A stretch of 37,746 nt of DNA, taken from IMG/VR virus record IMGVR_UViG_3300048847_000022, positions 1-37,746 of that record; one strand, 5' to 3'. The notes beneath the pieces are model-generated. The model did not search any database. It saw only the letters and a list, made by a program, of their open reading frames with translations, and was not told the DNA's origin. Source of the stretch: a virus (taxonomy: Duplodnaviria > Caudoviricetes). Made by a program: the position numbers and the translations under genes. Below are positions 34,556 through 37,746 of this stretch, one piece after another (the stretch's first letter is position 1; each line of letters opens with the position of its first letter).

Positions 34556-34773
34556 GCGGGTGGAAGCGGTCGCACCTGCGCGACCCGAAGCCGACGCTCG
34601 ACGCCGTCATGGACCGGCGCATCGTGCTCGACCCCAACACGCAGGACGTCCTCGACCACTACCTCGGCTCGATCGACTCCGTCCATTGGCAGAAGGACCG
34701 CGACGCCCAGCTCGACCGCTACGTCGCGCACATCCAGAGCACCGCCGCGCAGGCGCGGGCGGACGCAGCATGA
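34552..34773 (+). CDS. Hypothetical protein (73 aa)
   Basis: GTGA and ATGA overlaps at both ends. Confidence 0.6.
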   Translation: MSGWKRSHLRDPKPTLDAVMDRRIVLDPNTQDVLDHYLGSIDSVHWQKDRDAQLDRYVAHIQSTAAQARADAA

Positions 34774-36176
34774 CCGACCTCGTCGACATCGCCGCAGAGC
34801 AGGCGGTCCTCGGGGCAGCCCTCAACGACCCGGAGGCCGCGAGCTTCTACCTCGACGACGAGCAGGTCGTCGAGGACCACTTCTCGACGGACGCCCACCG
34901 GTCCATCTGGCGCTTCGTCGTCCACTACCTCGAGCACGGCACCGGCGACCTCTCCGGCCTCGCGCTCCAGAGCACCCTGCAGGCCCACCCCACCCTCGTC
35001 GTCGGGAACCTCCCCTTCGACGACGTCACCATCGCCGCGTCCACCGCGGCGGCGACGCCGGACGCCCAGACCGGCGCGAACGCCGAGCACGCCAAACGCC
35101 TCCGCGACATCGCCGAGCGCCGTCGCATCAGCCACGAAGCTCGGGCCGCCCACCTCGACCTGCACCGCCTGGAGGTCGCCCCGGAGGACGTCGCCGCGCG
35201 CCTGATGACGGCGCTCTCCGACGGCCAGCTCAACCGCGATCCGCGTGTGTCGGCCGAGGACCTCGACGGCGTCACCATGGCCGAGGCGATCGAGTCCTCG
35301 ATCCGCGAGTGGGAGAGCGACGAGCACCGCCGGTACGTCCCGACCGGCGTCGGCGCACTCGACAAGGTCATCGGCGGCCTCGAGCCCGGCCGGCTCGTCA
35401 CCGTCGCCGCCCGACCCGCGATGGGGAAGTCCGTGCTCGGCCTGATGCTCAGTCGGCAGGTCGCCACGGCCACGGACCGGCACGTGCTGCACTGGTCGAT
35501 CGAGATGTCGGCCCGCGAGCTCGCGGAGCGGTACGTCGCGATGAGCGGCGCGACGACGCTGCCGGCGCTCACGAAGCACGACCAGCGGGCGTGGCAGGGG
35601 ATCGACTGGACCCGTGTCCTCGCGCTCCCCGACCACGACTCCGCCAAGCGGCTCCGCATCCTCGGCCGTCGCCCCGGCCTCACGGTCGACGACATCGTCC
35701 GCTTCTCGCGCCGGCACCACGCCAACGTCGGGCCCGTCGGCCTCGTGGTCGTGGACTACGTGGGCCTCCTCGAAGCCACGGACCCGCGGTTCGCAGACGA
35801 CGTGTCGAAGATCAGCACCGCGACGCGCCGGCTCAAACTGCTCGCCGAGGAGCTGCGCGCCCCGGTCGTCGCCGTGTCCCAGCTCAACCGCAAGGTCGAC
35901 GAGCGGACGAGCAAGCGGCCGATGCTCTCGGACCTCCGCAGCTCGGGGTCCCTCGAGCAGGACAGCGACCAGGTCATCTTCGTGTTCCGGCCATCCGCGT
36001 ACAACGAGGCGGACCGCCCCGGCGAGGCGGACCTCATCGTCGCGAAGAACCGCGGCGGCAGGACCGGCGACGCGGTCGTCCGGTTCGAGGGCGAGTACAT
36101 CCGGTTCTCCGCGATGCACTCCGGCGGCGGCGCGCCGTTCTACTCCGACGTCCCTCTCCCCGGGAGCCACGCATGA
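34770..36176 (+). CDS. dnaB: DnaB-like replicative helicase
   Basis: AEQAVLGA, AARPAMGKS (Walker A), SIEMS, VVVDYVGL, SQLNR, RPMLSDLRSSGSLEQDSD and AKNRGG motifs. Confidence 0.96.
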   Translation: MTDLVDIAAEQAVLGAALNDPEAASFYLDDEQVVEDHFSTDAHRSIWRFVVHYLEHGTGDLSGLALQSTLQAHPTLVVGNLPFDDVTIAASTAAATPDAQTGANAEHAKRLRDIAERRRISHEARAAHLDLHRLEVAPEDVAARLMTALSDGQLNRDPRVSAEDLDGVTMAEAIESSIREWESDEHRRYVPTGVGALDKVIGGLEPGRLVTVAARPAMGKSVLGLMLSRQVATATDRHVLHWSIEMSARELAERYVAMSGATTLPALTKHDQRAWQGIDWTRVLALPDHDSAKRLRILGRRPGLTVDDIVRFSRRHHANVGPVGLVVVDYVGLLEATDPRFADDVSKISTATRRLKLLAEELRAPVVAVSQLNRKVDERTSKRPMLSDLRSSGSLEQDSDQVIFVFRPSAYNEADRPGEADLIVAKNRGGRTGDAVVRFEGEYIRFSAMHSGGGAPFYSDVPLPGSHA

Positions 36177-36376
36177 CCGCGCTGAAGGGCCTCGACCTGC
36201 CCCTCCTGACCGCATCCGAGGTCGCAGCCGACCTCAAGATCCCGGAGAAGACGGTCCTTAACCTCGCCCGCGCCGACCGGCTCCCCTCCATCAAGATCGG
36301 CCGGCGGCGCCTGTTCTCGCGGGAGGCCGTGACCTCGGCCGTCCGGGAGGCGATGGAGAAGGGCCAGCCGCTCTAG
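36173..36376 (+). CDS. xis: Excisionase-like HTH_17 protein adjacent to the integrase
   Basis: LLTASEVAADLKIPEKTVLNLARADRLPSIKIGRRRLF; its stop overlaps the integrase stop. Confidence 0.8.
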   Translation: MTALKGLDLPLLTASEVAADLKIPEKTVLNLARADRLPSIKIGRRRLFSREAVTSAVREAMEKGQPL

Positions 36377-37746
36377 GCCCGGACGGTCGGCGCGGGCACC
36401 GCCTCCCCCAGGTCCGCGGAGAACGCCTCCGTGAGCCTGCGGGCGGCGTCACTGCGCGGCACGTGGTGGACGTACCGCATCGTCGTCGCGATGTCCGCGT
36501 GGCCGAGGTACGCCTGCACGTCGGTCACCGGGAACACCCGCACGGCGATCGTGCCGAACGTGTGGCGCAGGTCGTGCAGCACGATCGGCCTTGCGCTCTC
36601 GCGCAGGCGCCCCAGCCCCGCCCGCGTGAGCGCTTCGTAGAACGCGTCGCGCACTCGGCCGGCGTCCTGCATCCCGCCGCGCAGCGTCGGGAACACCAGG
36701 TCCTCTTCCCCGTCGGCGTGCCCCAGGCGGGACACCCGGTCAAGGGCGGCGACGGCCGGCGCGATGAGCGGGACGCTCCGGCCCTTCTTGCTCTTCGGCA
36801 TCCGGGCCTTCGCGCCCTTCGGCGACGACGACGGCAGGTTCTGACTCACGCGGACGACCTCGCCCGCGAAGTCCACGTCACGCCACCGCAGCGCCCGCAG
36901 CTCGCCGAACCGGAGGCCGGTGTAGGCCGCCACCCGCACGAGCTCGGACCACATCGCGCGGGCGCGCCTCGCGGAGGCGAGCGCGTGCTCGTCGACCGCC
37001 CCGTTGCGCATCCGCGGCAGCTCGTCGTCGGTCACCTCAGCGATCGTCCTGGCGACCAGCTCGACCTGCGACGGCTCGAGCACGTTGAAGTCCACCGACG
37101 GCCGCGGCGCGCCGATGAGCTCGACGCCCGCCGTCGGGTCCGCGCCGATCCACCCGCGGCCCTGCGCGTAGCCGATGACGCCCTGCACGACGAGCATGCG
37201 GTTTGACACCGTCTTCCGCGCGATGCCGCCGTCCTTCCGCTTGAGCGACGGGTCGACCCGGGCGAGAAGGTCCCGCTGCACCTTCTCGACCAGCCGGGGC
37301 GTCACCTGGCGCAGCGGCAGCGACCGCGGCAGGCCCTCCCCCTCGAGCGACGAGACGATCGACCGGTAGTTCTGCAGCGTGGTCGGGGCGATGTCGCGGA
37401 CGCTCTCGGCGCGCTGCAGCCACCCGTCGACCGCGTCGCCCCACGTCTTGCCGGGCGTGCTCCGCTTCTCGACCGGCTTGGACCGCTCCGCCCCGAGCAG
37501 CGCCTGCAGGGCGTCGTCGGCATCGCGGGGCGTGACGTAGGTGTCGTCGGGCTTCGTGCCGGCCGCGGCGCGCCACACCACGGCACCGCGAGGCGTCCGC
37601 TTCCCGGAGTCCCTCACCCACGCCGGGCCGAGGACCTTCCGGGTCTGCCGCCCGTTCGCCCTGATCCACGACGCGACGTAGACACGTCCGCCCTTCCGCT
37701 CCTCGACCGTGACGCGCCCGCGCACCGCCGATCTCTGCTGCCCCAT
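36373..37746 (-). CDS. int: Tyrosine integrase
   Basis: Catalytic R (TGLRFGEL), K (PKSKK), HxxR (HDLRHTF), H (LGHAD) and Y (TMRYVH), plus arm-binding and core-binding regions. Confidence 0.96.
   Translation of the reverse strand: MGQQRSAVRGRVTVEERKGGRVYVASWIRANGRQTRKVLGPAWVRDSGKRTPRGAVVWRAAAGTKPDDTYVTPRDADDALQALLGAERSKPVEKRSTPGKTWGDAVDGWLQRAESVRDIAPTTLQNYRSIVSSLEGEGLPRSLPLRQVTPRLVEKVQRDLLARVDPSLKRKDGGIARKTVSNRMLVVQGVIGYAQGRGWIGADPTAGVELIGAPRPSVDFNVLEPSQVELVARTIAEVTDDELPRMRNGAVDEHALASARRARAMWSELVRVAAYTGLRFGELRALRWRDVDFAGEVVRVSQNLPSSSPKGAKARMPKSKKGRSVPLIAPAVAALDRVSRLGHADGEEDLVFPTLRGGMQDAGRVRDAFYEALTRAGLGRLRESARPIVLHDLRHTFGTIAVRVFPVTDVQAYLGHADIATTMRYVHHVPRSDAARRLTEAFSADLGEAVPAPTVRA

Larger units (their letters stand above)
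1..37746. mobile_element. Temperate phage/prophage with contractile (myovirus-type) tail
   Basis: Ordered packaging, head, neck, sheath/tube/baseplate, lysis, immunity, replication and tyrosine integrase modules. att sites are not visible in the window. Confidence 0.95.

Noticed and set aside
1-37746. CRISPR array, tRNA, reverse transcriptase/DGR, IS elements, attL/attR
   Set aside because: None recognised by eye. The window ends at gene boundaries, so att repeats would lie outside; tRNAscan and a repeat search would be needed for certainty.

Overview
The window is an apparently near-complete, very GC-rich temperate phage or prophage, trimmed to gene boundaries, so no att sites or host genes are visible. 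The host is probably actinobacterial, possibly Thermoleophilia/Solirubrobacterales (inference from GC content, leaderless TAnnnT promoters, a CGAAC-N4-GTTCG LexA box and protein styles). Gene order: late-early hypotheticals; a divergent ClpX-zinc-finger/DUF3107-like gene pair; a promoter followed by a ~260-nt highly structured leader; HNH, terminases, portal, MuF-like protein, scaffold and HK97-type capsid; neck genes; a collagen/beta-helix spike; and an antisense three-gene moron block (Zn-ribbon membrane protein, HEPN-like RxxxxH protein, LexA-boxed HTH protein). Then come a contractile tail (sheath, tube, frameshifted chaperone, tape measure, LysM protein, hub with two putative muralytic domains, baseplate V/W/J/I, collar fibre), a multi-membrane-protein lysis cassette with an NlpC/P60 endolysin, a secreted protein and two Xis-like genes. 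The right end holds a double-HTH repressor facing a ribbon-helix-helix Cro-equivalent, a replication module (initiator with a 23-bp perfect cruciform, G39P-like loader, DnaB), a third Xis and a convergent tyrosine integrase. Most notable: (i) a repressor without a visible self-cleavage domain plus an SOS-boxed candidate antirepressor beside a candidate HEPN defence gene, (ii) a structured late-leader RNA that may be an antiterminator, and (iii) CNGGA pentaloop hairpins over the scaffold ribosome-binding site. All family calls are from motif recognition by eye; no database searches were run.
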